DNA of 64,000 nt. It comes from Laetmonice hystrix. Its lineage: Eukaryota. Positions 62,670 to 64,000 of this stretch are shown in pieces; position 1 is the stretch's first letter, and the number at the start of each line of letters is the position of its first letter. The notes under the pieces were generated by a model. That model saw only the letters and a program-made list of their open reading frames with translations, did no database searches and had not been told where the DNA came from. Location: assembly GCA_965235115.1 (NCBI GenBank), contig OZ249445.1, forward strand, positions 25,296,001-25,360,000, given 5' to 3'. The translations under genes and the position numbers were made by a program.

Positions 62670-64000
62670 CCCCCCCCCCCGACTTGATCCGCCATTGCCT
62701 CCTCTCACAATCTGCCATTGCCTCCCCTCCCAATCCCCCAGACTTGATCTGCCATTGCCTCCCCTCACAATCTGCCATTGCCTCCCCTCACAATCCCCCC
62801 AGACTTGATCTGCCATTGCCTCCCCTCACAATCCCCCCAGACTTGATCTGCCATTGCCTCCCCTCACAATCTGCCATTGCCTCCCCTCACAATCCCCCCA
62901 GACTTGATCTGCCATTGCCTCCCCTCACAATCCCCCCAGACTTGATCTGCCATTGCCTTCCCTCCCAATCCCCCAGACTTGATCCGCCATTGCCTCCCCT
63001 CACAATCCCCCAGACTTGATCCGCCATTGCCTCCCCTCACAATCCCCCAGACTTGATCTGCCATTGCCTCCCCTCACAATCTGCCATTGCCTCCCCTCCC
63101 AATCCCCCAGACTTGATCTGCCATTGCCTCCCCTCACAATCTGCCATTGCCTCCCCTCCCAATCCCCCAGACTTGATCTGCCATTGCCTCCCCTCACAAT
63201 CCCCCCAGACTTGATCTGCCATTGCCTCCTCTCACAATCTGCCATTGCCTCCCCTCCCAATCCCCCAGACTTGATCTGCCATTGCCTCCTCTCACAATCT
63301 GCCATTGCCTCCCCTCACAATCCCCCCAGACTTGATCTGCCATTGCCTCCCCTCACAATCCCCCCAGACTTGATCTGCCATTGCCTCCTCTCACAATCTG
63401 CCATTGCCTCCCCTCACAATCTGCCATTGCCTCCCCTCACAATCCCCCCAGACTTGATCTGCCATTGCCTCCTCTCACAATCTGCCATTGCCTCCTCTCA
63501 CAATCTGCCATTGCCTCCTCTCACAATCCCCCCAGACTTGATCTGCCATTGCCTCCTCTCACAATCTGCCATTGCCTCCCCTCACAATCCCCCCAGACTT
63601 GATCTGCCATTGCCTCCCCTCACAATCCCCCCAGACTTGATCTGCCATTGCCTCCTCTCACAATCTGCCATTGCCTCCTCTCACAATCTGCCATTGCCTC
63701 CTCTCACAATCCCCCCAGACTTGATCTGCCATTGCCTCCTCTCACAATCTGCCATTGCCTCGCCTCCCAATCTGCCATTGCCTCCTCTCACAATCTGCCA
63801 TTGCCTCCTCTCACAATCTGCCATTGCCTCCCCTCACAATCTGCCATTGCCTCCCCTCACAATCCCCCAGACTTGATCTGCCATTGCCTCCTCTCACAAT
63901 CTGCCATTGCCTCCCCTCACAATCCCCCAGACTTGATCTGCCATTGCCTCCTCTCACAATCCCCCCAGACTTGATCTGCCATTGCCTCCTCTCACAATCT
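62670..64000. repeat. Two-module minisatellite (23-bp tctgccattgcctcccctcacaa + 14-15-bp tccccccagacttga), runs off the window
   Basis: Direct inspection. Confidence 0.96.

Noticed and set aside
62684-63974. ICHCL/PPLTI repeat ORFs resembling a Cys-rich protein
   Set aside because: Translation of the minisatellite; open in several frames with no consistent phase.
47921-64000. Search for the CNOT4 RING exon (CPLCME...GYQICRFCW)
   Set aside because: Not found on the minus strand by eye; presumed to lie beyond the window.

Overview
Eukaryotic (bilaterian invertebrate, probably marine) genomic DNA with three intron-containing housekeeping genes, rebuilt exon by exon from GT-AG sites and phase continuity. 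(1) LIN7 (L27+PDZ polarity scaffold, minus strand, 6 coding exons, 199 aa, complete). (2) SPTY2D1/SPT2 (histone H3-H4 chaperone, plus strand, 6 exons, 619 aa, complete), head-to-head with LIN7; 202 bp separate the two ATGs. (3) CNOT4 (minus strand, 15 coding exons in the window, 741 aa; the N-terminal RING exon lies beyond position 64000). The introns hold many short TIR elements (MITEs), four unrelated tandem arrays (~52 bp; 57 bp; 75/125 bp; 23+15 bp) and a young, 5'-truncated CR1/L2-group LINE inserted into the 75/125-bp satellite, with one homopolymer frameshift. I cannot show a new biological system from sequence alone. The best leads are: a 15-copy array of c-MYC-like G-quadruplex motifs on the CNOT4 sense strand; a perfect spacer-less 50-bp palindrome with two convergent CTCF-like motifs, inside a decaying foldback between the convergent SPT2 and CNOT4 3' ends; a templated MITE-fragment insertion flanked by an identical 104-bp duplication; and the LINE-in-satellite compound in the intron after the RING exon. 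All alignments were done by eye. Family names come from recalled motifs, not database searches.
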